Shown: positions 33,217 through 43,969 of the stretch, one piece after another
How positions within the stretch are numbered: the first letter of the stretch is position 1
Layout of the letters: each line of letters starts with the position of its first letter
DNA from: Candidatus Magasanikiibacteriota bacterium
Lineage (GTDB): Bacteria > Patescibacteriota > Patescibacteriia > Magasanikbacterales > UBA922
NCBI GenBank assembly: GCA_018652595.1
Contig: JABIBU010000022.1
Coordinates: forward strand, 50,346-114,345
Direction of reading: 5' to 3'
Length of the DNA: 64,000 bases
Program-made: the position numbers and the translations under genes
The notes under the pieces: generated by a model
Database searches by the model: none
Told to the model about the DNA's origin: nothing
What the model saw: the letters and a program-made list of their open reading frames with translations, nothing else

Positions 33217-33540
33217 AAATTAAGAATTATATTTAACCTGTTGGTGACGAAACCAGACAAGCTTCCCGATTAATTCGGGATTAATAAGTGGGGAGATTAT
33301 ACAATATTACAAAAAAAATGTCAACCCCGCACCATTTTCACTAAGTTTTACCTTGATAAAAGTGTTGGGGGGGGCAAGAGTGACGTTTTTCTGTTGAATT
33401 CATTCCCAAAGAGGAATGTCCTGTGGGTATTAGAAACTAGGGTGGTAGGGTACTCATTTTGAACTCGTGGACGACCCTACCAGGAAGACTAGCTTCCGAG
33501 GAAAGAATTCGTCCATGAGTTGGACTATGGTGGGGGGGTG

Positions 33541-34083
33541 CTAGTCGTGAGGAATGATCCCCTCGCACTTCTCCATATTGGGGTTAAGTAGCATCTGAAG
33601 ATCCTCCTGAATGAAGAACCTGTAGGCCTCCCGACCATTGGTTAGGGTGCGAACAGGCTGGTTGTCGTACCATTTGCCCCGAGGAACTAGGACGCAGCCC
33701 CTGCCCCCAATCGGCTTCATCTCGAAACCGACGTCCTGGGTGTTACCGGTCTTGAGGACCAATACCCTTGCTAGGACATGTGTGTCCCCGCAGTTCTCCG
33801 GCATGGAGAAAGCGTAATAGGTAGAGGTCTCATCAACGAGCCTCAGCTCCTCCCCGTAGGAGAATGAACTAAGAAGGGTAGTCTCCCTAATCTCGAGCAT
33901 GCTGACCGGTACGGCCATCACACTAGGAGGTGAAACCGAAAAGTCTACTGTAATGACTCCGCCCCACATGGTCTCCGCCTTGGTAATCACCTGCTCAAGA
34001 GAGCTTGTTTTGCCTTGGGCCAAGGGAGTAGAAACAATAAAACAACTAAACATAACCACTACGAGAAGGTGCCAGATCTTCAT
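33541..34083 (-). CDS. Orphan secreted protein in higher-GC islet D (180 aa)
   Basis: Signal peptide MKIWHLLVVVMFSCFIVSTPLAQG; AAGGAGGGAG SD; perfect consensus promoter upstream. Confidence 0.55.
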   Translation of the reverse strand: MKIWHLLVVVMFSCFIVSTPLAQGKTSSLEQVITKAETMWGGVITVDFSVSPPSVMAVPVSMLEIRETTLLSSFSYGEELRLVDETSTYYAFSMPENCGDTHVLARVLVLKTGNTQDVGFEMKPIGGRGCVLVPRGKWYDNQPVRTLTNGREAYRFFIQEDLQMLLNPNMEKCEGIIPHD

Positions 34084-34159
34084 AACTCCCTCCTTATAGG
34101 GGTTAAAAAACTAAAATAGAGTACCCACCTTAATTTCTAATATAAATTTTAAAGAACCC

Positions 34160-34200
34160 CAACAATGGATTATAGTCTGTTTTAGGGCTTTTGTCAAGCC
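34160..34200 (-). promoter_or_regulatory. Perfect sigma70 consensus promoter TTGACA-N17-TATAAT for the islet D gene
   Basis: rc of 34191-96 = TTGACA; rc of 34168-73 = TATAAT; 17-nt spacer; embedded in GGGCTTTTGTCAAGCCC. Confidence 0.65.
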
Positions 34201-34377
34201 CCGGTGCCCAACTTAGATAACTTAACCAATTGGAAACACTGTGTTGGCTTGTTTTTTGCTAAAATAAGCCAAAAATATACCCCCCATTCACAGCCTATAA
34301 CCACTTGCGGTTTTACAATAAATAATGTATAATATAGCCACTTTTTACTTTATACTTTGTAACTTTTAACTAAATTT

Positions 34378-34992
34378 ATGCATATCTCATGGCTGGGCAA
34401 TACTGCCGTAAAAATACAAGTAAAACCTTTTGATAAGGACGTAACTATAGTAATAGACCCTTACAAACCAGAAAAAGGCTCTTTTCCACGAAGTCTAACC
34501 CCAGACATCGGCCTCTACACCAAGGGTGAGAAAGATTCCATAACACTGTCTGGAGATCCTTTTGTTTTGGATACTCCTGGTGAATGTGAGACAAAAGGCG
34601 TATTAATAACCACTGTACAGAGCGAAAAGGCCGAAGATATAAAAATTAGATTAGATGCTGAACAAATGAGTGTAGGGCATTTGGGATTGGCAAATAAACA
34701 ACTAACAGAAAAAGAGTTAGAGGTTTTGGCAGATGTAGATATTTTGTTGATACCAGTAGGAGGGGATGACTGCTACGATGCTCAGACTGCAGCAAAGGCT
34801 GCGACCTCAATTGAGCCAAAAATTATTATTCCAATTGCTTTTAAGTCTGATAATAATACAAATGCTAGACCGGTAGAAGACTTTTTGAAAGAAATGGGTG
34901 TGGCTAGCACAGCACCAGAAAAGAAATTTATTATAAAGAAAAAAAACCTACCGACCGAAGAAACACAGGTAATAGTCTTGGCCAAAGAATAA
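34378..34992 (+). CDS. Metallo-beta-lactamase-fold hydrolase (COG2220/UlaG-like)
   Basis: MHISWLGNTAVKIQ N-terminal beta-strand typical of MBL-fold proteins, HxHxD-like region, about 200 aa. Confidence 0.6.
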   Translation: MHISWLGNTAVKIQVKPFDKDVTIVIDPYKPEKGSFPRSLTPDIGLYTKGEKDSITLSGDPFVLDTPGECETKGVLITTVQSEKAEDIKIRLDAEQMSVGHLGLANKQLTEKELEVLADVDILLIPVGGDDCYDAQTAAKAATSIEPKIIIPIAFKSDNNTNARPVEDFLKEMGVASTAPEKKFIIKKKNLPTEETQVIVLAKE

Positions 34993-35013
34993 AAAAATGT
35001 AATTTTTCAAAAT

Positions 35014-35766
35014 ATGCCTGTCAAAAAAACACCAAAGAATAAAAAAAGTGGTAGCCCTTCGAAAAAGAAAGTTTCCAAAACTAAACCTGCTGTTAAAAAA
35101 ACCAAAAAGAAGAGGGTTTCTCCAAAAAAATCTACAAACAAGGTAAATAAAAAAGAATTAAAAAAAGCAGTAGACAGACTACCGGGTTTAATTGCAGAAA
35201 AAGCAAAGTTAGAAAAAAAAGAAATCGCACCAGAACAAATAACGGAAAGACCTAGAGATGTGATAGAAATTCGAGAACTAAAACCAACAGGAGAGACAAA
35301 GACAAGGGTAGGTCAAAATTATGACGATGGCCGAGACAAAAAATGGCTAATGTGGCTAGGGGTAATAATTTTTGCCACTGCCATACTTGCGCTCTGGGGA
35401 TGGAATTTAATAGTAAAATTTCAAGATACAGCAAAAATAGATAACCTTGGAATAATAAAGGAAGTAAAAGAAGAAATCCAAACAACTTTGAAGGTGTCTG
35501 AGACAGAAGAAGACGAAGAAACAAATGAAGCAGAGTCCGTGAACCCACCACCTGAGGGAGAAGACGGTGAAAGCCTGAAAGAAAAACTAAAACAAAACAT
35601 AGCCAGCATTATAACAACAATAAAAACTGGCACTACAACTCCAAATGTAGAAAAAGAAGACGCTGGATTTCCAACAAATGCGAGCAGTACCAACACAGAG
35701 ATTATAGAAAAGCTAGATAACACTATAGAAAAAAATAATAACGAAATAATAACACCTTCATTGTAA
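35014..35766 (+). CDS. Membrane protein with an N-terminal lysine-rich SPKK/histone-H1-like tail and an acidic extracellular region (hypothetical)
   Basis: [30 protein letters not shown]...; single [22 protein letters not shown]; acidic C-terminal half. Confidence 0.55.
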   Translation: MPVKKTPKNKKSGSPSKKKVSKTKPAVKKTKKKRVSPKKSTNKVNKKELKKAVDRLPGLIAEKAKLEKKEIAPEQITERPRDVIEIRELKPTGETKTRVGQNYDDGRDKKWLMWLGVIIFATAILALWGWNLIVKFQDTAKIDNLGIIKEVKEEIQTTLKVSETEEDEETNEAESVNPPPEGEDGESLKEKLKQNIASIITTIKTGTTTPNVEKEDAGFPTNASSTNTEIIEKLDNTIEKNNNEIITPSL

Positions 35767-35770
35767 AATT

Positions 35771-38278
35771 ATGGCCAAGAAAAAAATGATTTCAAAAATA
35801 AAACAAGACAGATTAGAAATCGATCCGGTAGGAAAAATTGAACCTATTCAACTGGTAGATGAGATGAAAAAATCTTATCTAGACTATGCTATGAGTGTAA
35901 TTGTATCTCGTGCTCTACCAGATGTCCGAGATGGATTGAAACCGGTACACAGAAGAATCTTGTACGCCATGTGGAATGTAGGCTTGAAGTCTAATGCAAA
36001 ATTCAAAAAGTCTGCCCATGTAGTCGGTGAAGTAATGGCCAAGTACCATCCCCATGGTGACTCTGCTATTTATGATTCTATGGTGAGGATGGCTCAAGAC
36101 TTTTCTATGAGAACACCCTTGGTAAATGGCCAGGGTAACTTTGGTTCTATGGATGGTGACAGTGCTGCTGCCATGCGTTATACAGAGGCCAAACTACAGT
36201 CTGTGGCCGAAGAACTACTTCACGATATAGACAAAAATACTGTAAACTTTAGACCAAACTACGATGGCTCTACCAGGGAACCTACCGTACTACCCAGCAA
36301 GCTACCAGGATTATTATTGAACGGTTCTATGGGTATTGCAGTTGGTATGGCCACCAATATTCCACCGCACAACCTAAGTGAATTATGCGACGGCATCACA
36401 GCTCTTATTGATAACCCAAAAACTGCCGTGGAGGGATTGATGGAACACATAAAAGGACCAGACTTCCCAACTGGCGGTATTATTTATAATAAAAAAGATA
36501 TTGCTGCAGCTTATGCTACTGGTAGAGGCGGAATAGTACTCCGAGCCAAGACTGAAATCCAAGAAAGTAAGTCTGGACAATTTCATATTATAGTCACAGA
36601 AGTTGCCTATCAAACAAACAAAGCCACACTACTAGAAAAAATTGCCGGACTTGTCCACGAAAAGAAAATTGACGGCATCAAGGACCTAAGAGACGAATCA
36701 AACAAAGATGGCGTACGCGTGGTTATTGATTTGAAAAAAGATGCTTATCCCAAAAAGGTTTTGAATCGATTGTACAAGCTCACTGATTTGCAGACTACTT
36801 TTCATGTAAACACTTTGGCACTGATCGATGGAATCCAACCACGTGTTTTAAACTTGAAAACAATTCTAGAAGAATATATCAAACACAGACAAGAAGTAAT
36901 CAAACGCAGAACTCAGTTTGACCTAGACAAAGCAAAAGACCGTGCTCATATTTTGGAAGGCCTCAAAAAAGCATTGGATAAAATTGATCTAGTAATAAGC
37001 ACGATTCGCAAATCAAAAGATAAAGACGAAGCCAAAGTAAACTTGATGAAGAAATTCAAATTTACTGAGAGACAAACTGTTGCAATTCTAGAAATGAAAC
37101 TGCAACAACTTGCCAATTTGGAAAGAAAGAAAATTGAAGACGAATTGAAAGAGAAAAAAGCATTAATAAAAGAACTGGAAGCATTACTTGCTAGCCCAAA
37201 AAGAATTCTAGGCGTGATTAAAAAAGAAATAAAAGAAGTAAAGGAAAAATTTGGCAATGAAAGACGCACCAAAATCATCCCCCATGGTGTAAAAGAATTC
37301 AAAATCGAAGATTTGATTCCAAATGAACCAACTATTATTATGGCCACCAAGGATGGCTACATCAAGCGCCTACCGCCAGACACATTTAAGACTCAATCTC
37401 GTGGCGGCAAAGGTGTAATTGGCCTCACCACCAAAGAAGAAGATGTAGTAGACCTCATGATCACTACTAACACTCATGATAATATTTTGTTCTTCACCTC
37501 TCGTGGACGAGTATTCCAACTTCGAGCCTACGATATCCCAGAAGCCAAGCGTACTGGAAAAGGCCAGGCATTGGTAAACTTCTTACAACTTGCACCAAAT
37601 GAAAAGGTCTCGTCAATTCTATCCATGAGTGACATCAACAAATACAAGTTCTTAGTCATGGTAACAAGCAAGGGCAACACAAAGAAGACTGCCCTTACAG
37701 ATTTTGACAATGTAAGGCGCTCTGGTCTAATTGCTATCAAACTAAAACCAGAAGACAAGCTAGAATGGGTCCGTCCATCTACTGGTAAGGATGAGGTTAT
37801 TATCGCTACCTCTCTTGGTCAAGCTATTAGATTCAAAGAATCTGGTATTCGTGCAATGGGCAGAACTGCTAGCGGTGTTCGTGGTATCAGACTAAAATCT
37901 AATGACGAAGTTATTGGTATGGATGTGGTAGACCCCGAACTAATAAAAAAGAAGGTTTTGGAAATGCTAGTAATATCAGAAAATGGTCTTGGCAAAAAAA
38001 CCAAGATATCTGAATACAAAGTTCAAGGCAGGGGTGGGTCTGGTATCAAAACCATGTCTATCACTACCAAAACTGGAAAACTAATCGCCATGAGAGTGAC
38101 AAATAATACCGAAGATCAAGACCTCATGATGATCTCAGTAAAAGGCCAAGTAATCCGCACCCCACTAAAAGCTGTCTCCACTCTCGGCCGAGCTACTCAA
38201 GGTGTGAGGATCATGCGATTCAAAGCCGAAGGCGACAAGGTGGCGAGCATAACACTACTTGAAAGCATAAAAGAATAG
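35771..38278 (+). CDS. gyrA: DNA gyrase subunit A
   Basis: [28 protein letters not shown], active-site Tyr region, C-terminal beta-pinwheel repeats. Confidence 0.93.
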   Translation: MAKKKMISKIKQDRLEIDPVGKIEPIQLVDEMKKSYLDYAMSVIVSRALPDVRDGLKPVHRRILYAMWNVGLKSNAKFKKSAHVVGEVMAKYHPHGDSAIYDSMVRMAQDFSMRTPLVNGQGNFGSMDGDSAAAMRYTEAKLQSVAEELLHDIDKNTVNFRPNYDGSTREPTVLPSKLPGLLLNGSMGIAVGMATNIPPHNLSELCDGITALIDNPKTAVEGLMEHIKGPDFPTGGIIYNKKDIAAAYATGRGGIVLRAKTEIQESKSGQFHIIVTEVAYQTNKATLLEKIAGLVHEKKIDGIKDLRDESNKDGVRVVIDLKKDAYPKKVLNRLYKLTDLQTTFHVNTLALIDGIQPRVLNLKTILEEYIKHRQEVIKRRTQFDLDKAKDRAHILEGLKKALDKIDLVISTIRKSKDKDEAKVNLMKKFKFTERQTVAILEMKLQQLANLERKKIEDELKEKKALIKELEALLASPKRILGVIKKEIKEVKEKFGNERRTKIIPHGVKEFKIEDLIPNEPTIIMATKDGYIKRLPPDTFKTQSRGGKGVIGLTTKEEDVVDLMITTNTHDNILFFTSRGRVFQLRAYDIPEAKRTGKGQALVNFLQLAPNEKVSSILSMSDINKYKFLVMVTSKGNTKKTALTDFDNVRRSGLIAIKLKPEDKLEWVRPSTGKDEVIIATSLGQAIRFKESGIRAMGRTASGVRGIRLKSNDEVIGMDVVDPELIKKKVLEMLVISENGLGKKTKISEYKVQGRGGSGIKTMSITTKTGKLIAMRVTNNTEDQDLMMISVKGQVIRTPLKAVSTLGRATQGVRIMRFKAEGDKVASITLLESIKE

Positions 38279-38295
38279 AAACACTTAAACAAATA

Positions 38296-38328
38296 TAAAA
38301 AATCCCCGGGAAGAGGGATTTTTTATTT
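38296..38328. terminator. Bidirectional terminator between gyrA and ruvA
   Basis: aaatccc-cgggaaga-gggattt + T-run. Confidence 0.7.
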
Positions 38329-38374
38329 GTTTATTATCTGTGTAATCCTTTAAAAATCTATTTGAATCAGTGTA

Positions 38375-38950
38375 TTATTTACCAGCACCCTTCAACGCTT
38401 CCCTCAACAACTGTTCACCAGTCTTACCCTCTACATCCAAATCTTTAACAACCTGCCTCGCCTCTTCTTTGGAATAACCCAGAGAAACTAAACCATCAAT
38501 CGCATCACCCATAACACTCCCCGCCTTTTCCACAACTTTTGACTTTTGAACTTCCACTTTCGATTTGAGTTCTACTGTCAATCTTTCTGCAGTTCTCTTC
38601 CCAACCCCACTTACTTTTGTAAGATAATCAACATCACTATTAGAAATTGCATTTTGAATTTCGTCTAAACTTCCCAGACCAAGAATATTCAAAGCACTTT
38701 TTGGTCCGATGCCATTAACAGAAATTAAAAGCTCGAAAAAATCTTTTTCTTCCAAAGTTTCAAACCCATACAAGTCCATTGCATTTTCTGATACTCGTAA
38801 ATAGGTATGGAGCCCCACCTCATTACCCACTTCCAAACTGGCGCACTTTTCAGTTTGCAAACCTACTTCGTAGCCAACCCAGCCAGCTGTCAAAACAGTA
38901 AGGCTATTTTCTTTTTTAGTAATAATTTTTCCTTGTATAAATGATATCAT
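38375..38950 (-). CDS. ruvA: Holliday junction branch migration protein RuvA
   Basis: MISFIQGKI...VGYEV N-terminal OB fold, HhH pairs, about 190 aa. Confidence 0.88.
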   Translation of the reverse strand: MISFIQGKIITKKENSLTVLTAGWVGYEVGLQTEKCASLEVGNEVGLHTYLRVSENAMDLYGFETLEEKDFFELLISVNGIGPKSALNILGLGSLDEIQNAISNSDVDYLTKVSGVGKRTAERLTVELKSKVEVQKSKVVEKAGSVMGDAIDGLVSLGYSKEEARQVVKDLDVEGKTGEQLLREALKGAGK

Positions 38951-39112
38951 AATATTTAATCAACTTCTCCACAGCAAGCTGATGGAGTATAGATAGGTAG
39001 TTTCAAAGCAAGTTTCTAGAAATTAAACTCTCTTGTCCCGACAATAGTCGGGATTAAAGTAACCTGGAGGGATTTGCCAAATTGCAAACCCCACCGCTCC
39101 TTCCTGTGCCTC

Positions 39113-39543
39113 CTAAAGCTTGAGTTTGCCAAAGTGAATACGCAAAACGGTAGAGAAATCTGCCACGCTACAAGAGCGCGGAGGTGTCTTAGGGTCTGTA
39201 TCGACATCTTCCAGACGATAGTTGATGACACCATCGCTGATGGCATAACCAGACCAACTCAAAACATGTCTAGGGTCATCCCCCTTATTAACCCAGACGA
39301 AATCTTCTCCCTCAAACGTTCCTCTCTTCATCAATACGACCTCTTCTTGAATTTCTGCGGAAACCACCTTCTCAAACAAGAAGAAAGCTGTCCGATAGGA
39401 ACATCAGATTCACCACGACCCTCAACAAACACTCGCACCACGACCCCTCCAGGAAGCAGTGCGGAAATAATCTTGGCCCGATGAACTATGTCATCAGGAG
39501 TCATCCAATGTTCCACATAAACACGGGCGCTCTGTTGCATCAT
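39113..39543 (-). pseudogene. Higher-GC islet E: small orphan gene split by a frameshift (two overlapping ORFs 39331-39543 and 39113-39379)
   Basis: Two overlapping protein-like frames joined at a CTT-CTT-rich run; TTGACT-N17-TATTAT promoter just downstream of the tsf terminator. Confidence 0.45.
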
Positions 39544-39607
39544 ACCCCCAAAAAAACATATTGAAGTTCATCTTCCACAATCTAATAATAGCAACTTTCT
39601 TCGTGTA

Positions 39608-39640
39608 AGTCAAAACCGCCCTGAAGGGCGGTTTTTTAAA
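39608..39640 (-). terminator. Rho-independent terminator after tsf
   Basis: aaaaccgccc-tgaa-gggcggtttt. Confidence 0.75.
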
Positions 39641-39659
39641 TATCTAATGTAAAATATTT

Positions 39660-40310
39660 TTATTCTCCCATTTGCTCAGCCACTTCTTCGGCAAAATCAC
39701 AGGCTTTCTTTTCAATGCCCTCACCCAGCTCAAAGCGGGAAAAACGACGCAAGGTAACCTTTTCACCAATTTCGGCACTGGCCTGGACCAACACCTGCTC
39801 CACTGTTTTGTCTTCGTCTTTGATAAAGGACTGCTCTAGAAGACAAATTTCACTATAAAATTTACCCAATTTTCCTTCTACAATCTTTTCAATCATCTCT
39901 TCTGGCTTGCCTTCGTTTTTCAATTGCTCGGCATAAACATCCTTTTCTTTTGCAATCTCGTCTTCTGACACTTCTTCACGACTTAGATATTTTGGTGATA
40001 CAGCTGCGATATGCATAGCCATATCATGAGCCAAATCCTTAAACTTGTCGGTCTTGGCAACAAAATCTGTTTCACAATTAAGTTCAAGTAAAACTCCGAT
40101 CTTCCCATTGCCGTGGATATAGCTATAGACCAAGCCTTCGGCTGCAATTTTGTCAGCACGCTTGGCAGCTTTTGCAATACCTTTTTTCCTTAGCTCATCA
40201 ATAGCCTTATCAATATTTCCATCAGCCCCTTCTAAGGCTTTTTTACAATCCATCATACCTGCTCCTGTTTTTGCTCGGAGCGCAGCAATGTCTTGTGCGG
40301 TAATACTCAT
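39660..40310 (-). CDS. tsf: Elongation factor Ts (short form)
   Basis: ITAQDIAALRAKTGAGMMDCKKAL UBA-like N-terminus, dimerisation domain. Confidence 0.9.
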   Translation of the reverse strand: MSITAQDIAALRAKTGAGMMDCKKALEGADGNIDKAIDELRKKGIAKAAKRADKIAAEGLVYSYIHGNGKIGVLLELNCETDFVAKTDKFKDLAHDMAMHIAAVSPKYLSREEVSEDEIAKEKDVYAEQLKNEGKPEEMIEKIVEGKLGKFYSEICLLEQSFIKDEDKTVEQVLVQASAEIGEKVTLRRFSRFELGEGIEKKACDFAEEVAEQMGE

Positions 40311-40357
40311 AATTTTTATTTTTAATATTTTGAAATAAATTTAACTAACAGAATCCA

Positions 40358-41074
40358 TTACTTGGATGGGTTTTGACCGATTGTTTTTTCTTGTTGATCA
40401 ACCCCTATCTTTATTGCATCAGATACTAGACTCACCATCATCTTGATGGAGTTAATAGCATCGTCATTTGCGGGAATAAATAAATCTGCTTTATCAGGAT
40501 TAGCATTAGTATCAGAAATTCCAATTACAGGTACTTTCATTTTTGTTGCTTCTGTTACAGCTGTCTTTTCACGCTGTAGAGAAGGGATAAACAAAGCATC
40601 TGGTAACTCTTTTAGACCAGCCAAACCAGATAGGCTAATATCCATCTTTATAAGTTGCTTGGCAATATCAATTTGTTCTTTTTTGGTATATTTTTCAAGT
40701 TCACCACTGGCCTGCTCTTCTTTCAATTTGTTGTATCTAGCGATAAGTTTTTTGATCTCTGAAAAGTTGGTAATAAGACCACCAACCCAACGATCTACTA
40801 AATAAGGCATACCACAATTAATCGCGGCTTCCTTTACGATTTCTTTGGCTTGGGGGTTGGTAGAAACAAATAAAATTTTCTTACCGTCCTTTGCCATTTT
40901 TTGGACTTCTACCAAAAATTCTTCTGTCATTGTTTTGGTCTTTTCCAAATCAATAATATGTACACCATTACGCTTGGTAAAGATATACTCGTCCATTTTT
41001 GGATGACGTCTGGTAGTCTGGTGCCCAAAGTGAACTCCAGCCTGCAACATCTCCAAAATACTAGGTATTTTCAT
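40358..41074 (-). CDS. rpsB: 30S ribosomal protein S2 (track ORF extends to 41101; MKIPSIL start more likely)
   Basis: LEMLQAGVHFGHQTTRRHPKM signature. Confidence 0.9.
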   Translation of the reverse strand: MKIPSILEMLQAGVHFGHQTTRRHPKMDEYIFTKRNGVHIIDLEKTKTMTEEFLVEVQKMAKDGKKILFVSTNPQAKEIVKEAAINCGMPYLVDRWVGGLITNFSEIKKLIARYNKLKEEQASGELEKYTKKEQIDIAKQLIKMDISLSGLAGLKELPDALFIPSLQREKTAVTEATKMKVPVIGISDTNANPDKADLFIPANDDAINSIKMMVSLVSDAIKIGVDQQEKTIGQNPSK

Positions 41075-41282
41075 AGTTTTTTCCTTATTCCTCTCTATCA
41101 CGACCTTTTGGGATGGCCAAAAGGAGGAAAAAATGCGATAGATGAGGGATTAATTAGTACTTTTCGCGAACACGAGAAGTGACAATATAATACAATATTT
41201 TAACTTTTTTGTCAAGAGAATAACATTTAAGTACATTTTATGATATAATACTATTAATCTAATAAATTATTAAGATAACCTT

Positions 41283-42353
41283 ATGCCAAAAGTGAATAAA
41301 AATAAACTAAGTTTTACAAAAATGCGGTCTAGTTTTTTCTTTGGACTGATCATTATTTTGACTATTTCTATACTATACATATTCAAGCCGTTTATTTATC
41401 CGATATTTTGGGCAGCTGTAATAGCAATGATGTTTTATCCGATTTTTAGTTGGCTCAACCGCTACATGAAGGCACCAAACCTGTCTGCCTTTATTGTTCT
41501 AATACTCGTAATAGTAACCATTTTCTTGCCTTTGGTTTTGTTATCTAGCCTACTTGTGAATGAATCCGTTGATCTATATCAATCAGTATCAAAATGGGAC
41601 CTAAGCGATCAAGTTCAAGATGTATCAATCTGGGTAGAAAAAACATCTTTTGCCCCATATATAGAAAAAGCCCAAACAGAGTGGGCCAACTATGCGGCCA
41701 ATACAGCCAAAAGTGTAAGTGTATTTCTATTTAATAATATTAAAAGCGTAACTCAAAATTCTCTACGCTTTATATTCATGATGTTTATAATGCTTTATAC
41801 CTTGTTTTACTTTTTGAAAGATGGTGAAAAAATGTTAAAACGCCTAATGCACTTATCACCCCTCGGAGACAAATACGAAAAAATGCTTTATGAAAAGTTC
41901 CGTTCTGCCTCTCGTGCGACCCTGAAAGGAACATTTATTATTGGTAGTATCCAAGGTATTTTAGGTGGAATACTTTTTTGGGCCACTGGCATAGAAGGTG
42001 CTTTTATCTGGGGTATTATTATGGTGGCACTATCTATCATCCCAGCTATAGGCTCTGTGATTATTTGGTTCCCTGCTGGGATTATAATGTTGATAATTGG
42101 AAATATTTGGCAGGGTGTTGTCATCTTAGTAATCGGCACACTGGTTATTAGCATGATAGACAATCTTCTTAGGCCACCTATGGTTGGAAAAGATATTCAG
42201 ATGCATCCTTTACTCGTATTATTTTCAACCCTAGGCGGAATACTAATATTTGGAATTTCTGGATTTATTATAGGTCCAATACTCGCGGCTCTGTTTGTTG
42301 CTATTATGACTATCTATGACCATCATTATAGGAATGAATTGCAGAATAATTAG
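41283..42353 (+). CDS. AI-2E family transporter (PerM/UPF0118)
   Basis: About 8 TM helices with the characteristic long cytoplasmic loop, 356 aa. Confidence 0.7.
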   Translation: MPKVNKNKLSFTKMRSSFFFGLIIILTISILYIFKPFIYPIFWAAVIAMMFYPIFSWLNRYMKAPNLSAFIVLILVIVTIFLPLVLLSSLLVNESVDLYQSVSKWDLSDQVQDVSIWVEKTSFAPYIEKAQTEWANYAANTAKSVSVFLFNNIKSVTQNSLRFIFMMFIMLYTLFYFLKDGEKMLKRLMHLSPLGDKYEKMLYEKFRSASRATLKGTFIIGSIQGILGGILFWATGIEGAFIWGIIMVALSIIPAIGSVIIWFPAGIIMLIIGNIWQGVVILVIGTLVISMIDNLLRPPMVGKDIQMHPLLVLFSTLGGILIFGISGFIIGPILAALFVAIMTIYDHHYRNELQNN

Positions 42354-42369
42354 TACACATCGTAGATAA

Positions 42370-42405
42370 AAAAATAGTACGTACTTTAGTGCGTACTATT
42401 TTTAA
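42370..42405. terminator. Bidirectional terminator
   Basis: atagtacg-loop-cgtactat + T-run. Confidence 0.65.
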
Positions 42406-42417
42406 TTTGTAAAAAAC

Positions 42418-42882
42418 TTATTCCTTTATACTTTTTATCATCTTCTCAATTGACTCCTCTGCCTTTGTCCTCAAGTCTTCCTCGCTCATATTTATAGCAA
42501 CACCTTTTTCTAGCTCAGCCATTTCTTCGCGTATCAAATCCTCTCTCATTTTCTCCACTTCCACCACATAATCTTTTATTTTTAATTTTAATTCTTCAAC
42601 TTTCTTCTTATCTTGTCGAATAGATGTCGGATCATCATCGTCCTGTACCAACTGCAATTGCGCTCGTAGATTCCTAATCGCCTGTGTCACTTCTTGCATG
42701 TGCAAAACAATATTTTGCATCTGTTTTTTACTAGATTTTACCTCCTTTACCAAAAAATCTGCTTTTTCCATAGCGGAGGCGCTTTTTAGTTCAGCATCAA
42801 CTTCACTTTCCTTTGACTCACGAGATTCATGGCTCTTCTCCTGCTCATTCGAATAAATTTTCTTTTCTGCTTCTAAAGACAT
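42418..42882 (-). CDS. Hypothetical coiled-coil protein (154 aa)
   Basis: Heptad-rich K/E composition; no recognisable domain. Confidence 0.45.
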   Translation of the reverse strand: MSLEAEKKIYSNEQEKSHESRESKESEVDAELKSASAMEKADFLVKEVKSSKKQMQNIVLHMQEVTQAIRNLRAQLQLVQDDDDPTSIRQDKKKVEELKLKIKDYVVEVEKMREDLIREEMAELEKGVAINMSEEDLRTKAEESIEKMIKSIKE

Positions 42883-42977
42883 AGTAATACTATTGTAACA
42901 TTAAAGTATTTTACTTTCAAACAAAAAACTCCCAAAATGAGAGTTCTGATTGCTGGGCATAACGCAGTGAAGCCCAG

Positions 42978-43060
42978 TGCTCGGGGCGGGACTCGAACCC
43001 GCACAGTATTGCTACCAAGGGATTTTAAGTCCCTCGTGTCTACCATTCCACCACCCGAGC
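42978..43060 (-). tRNA. tRNA-Leu (anticodon UAA) with long variable arm
   Basis: rc gives gctcggg...aggga-cttaaaa-tccct...gcgggttcgagtcccgc-cccgagc-a cloverleaf. Confidence 0.8.
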
Positions 43061-43108
43061 ATTATTGTACGAAGAGATTATAGCAAAATAATGAAAATAA
43101 AACAAGAC

Positions 43109-43648
43109 CTAGCCCTTGACCCAGCTTTCTTCCTTAACGCCCTCTTGCTTATTCAGCCATCTACCTAAAACAAACAACAAATCACTTAACCGATTCAAAT
43201 ATTGTTTAATTAAATCATCAACTTCATATTTTTCTGACAATCCAATCATTACTCGCTCAGCTCGACGACAAACTGTTCGCGACTGATAACTTAGAGCCGC
43301 ACCCTCACAACCACCGGGCAAAATAAAATTATTAAGCTCTGGCAAATCTTTATTCATCTCATCAATCCAGTTTTCCAAATATTCTACATCTTCTTTTTTT
43401 AATTTTGGCAGACTATCCAAATCGGTCTGCAGGCCAGCAAGATTTGACCCAATAACAAAAAGCTTGTGCTGAACCTGAACTAACTTTTCCCCAACCTCAC
43501 TATCTAATTCTGCAATCAAAACACCCAAACCAGCATTGAGCTCATCCACCTCACCAATCGCTTCCATTTCCAAACAAGACTTGGAAATCCGTTTCCCACC
43601 AAGCATTGATGTCTCCCCCTTGTCTCCGGTTTTTGTGTAGATCTTCAC
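43109..43648 (-). CDS. ATP:cob(I)alamin adenosyltransferase, PduO-type
   Basis: MKIYTKTGDKGETS N-terminus and PduO/MMAB helical bundle, 179 aa. Confidence 0.85.
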   Translation of the reverse strand: MKIYTKTGDKGETSMLGGKRISKSCLEMEAIGEVDELNAGLGVLIAELDSEVGEKLVQVQHKLFVIGSNLAGLQTDLDSLPKLKKEDVEYLENWIDEMNKDLPELNNFILPGGCEGAALSYQSRTVCRRAERVMIGLSEKYEVDDLIKQYLNRLSDLLFVLGRWLNKQEGVKEESWVKG

Positions 43649-43869
43649 AGAATTATAGATTATGAATTATAGATATTAAACCACATTTAAATAGTCATAG
43701 CAAGTCGCAGAAAAAACTTGGGGGTTTGGGGGTAAAACTGTTTGAGCCCCCACTCGCGTTGTAAATGATTATTTACTTAATAGCTATGGGGCGAGTTTTT
43801 TATCCCCAAAACTTTTTGTTGCTTTTTGGTTACAAAAAGTAAAGGCACTGATGTCGCTATACCCAAAAC

Positions 43870-43900
43870 CCGACTTAGCTAGTCGGGCTTAATTTATTTA
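43870..43900 (-). terminator. Candidate terminator for nrdJ (CCCGACT-loop-AGTCGGG)
   Basis: 7-bp stem followed by a T-run on the minus strand. Confidence 0.5.
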
Positions 43901-43969
43901 ATCCTAATGCGCCTACTGCGGTGCTAAAAGGGGTCCCTCGGCTGCGCTCGGGATGACATTGGTGATTGA

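Noticed and set aside
42977-43168. 63-aa plus-strand ORF
   Set aside because: Overlaps tRNA-Leu and the 3' end of the pduO-type gene on the opposite strand
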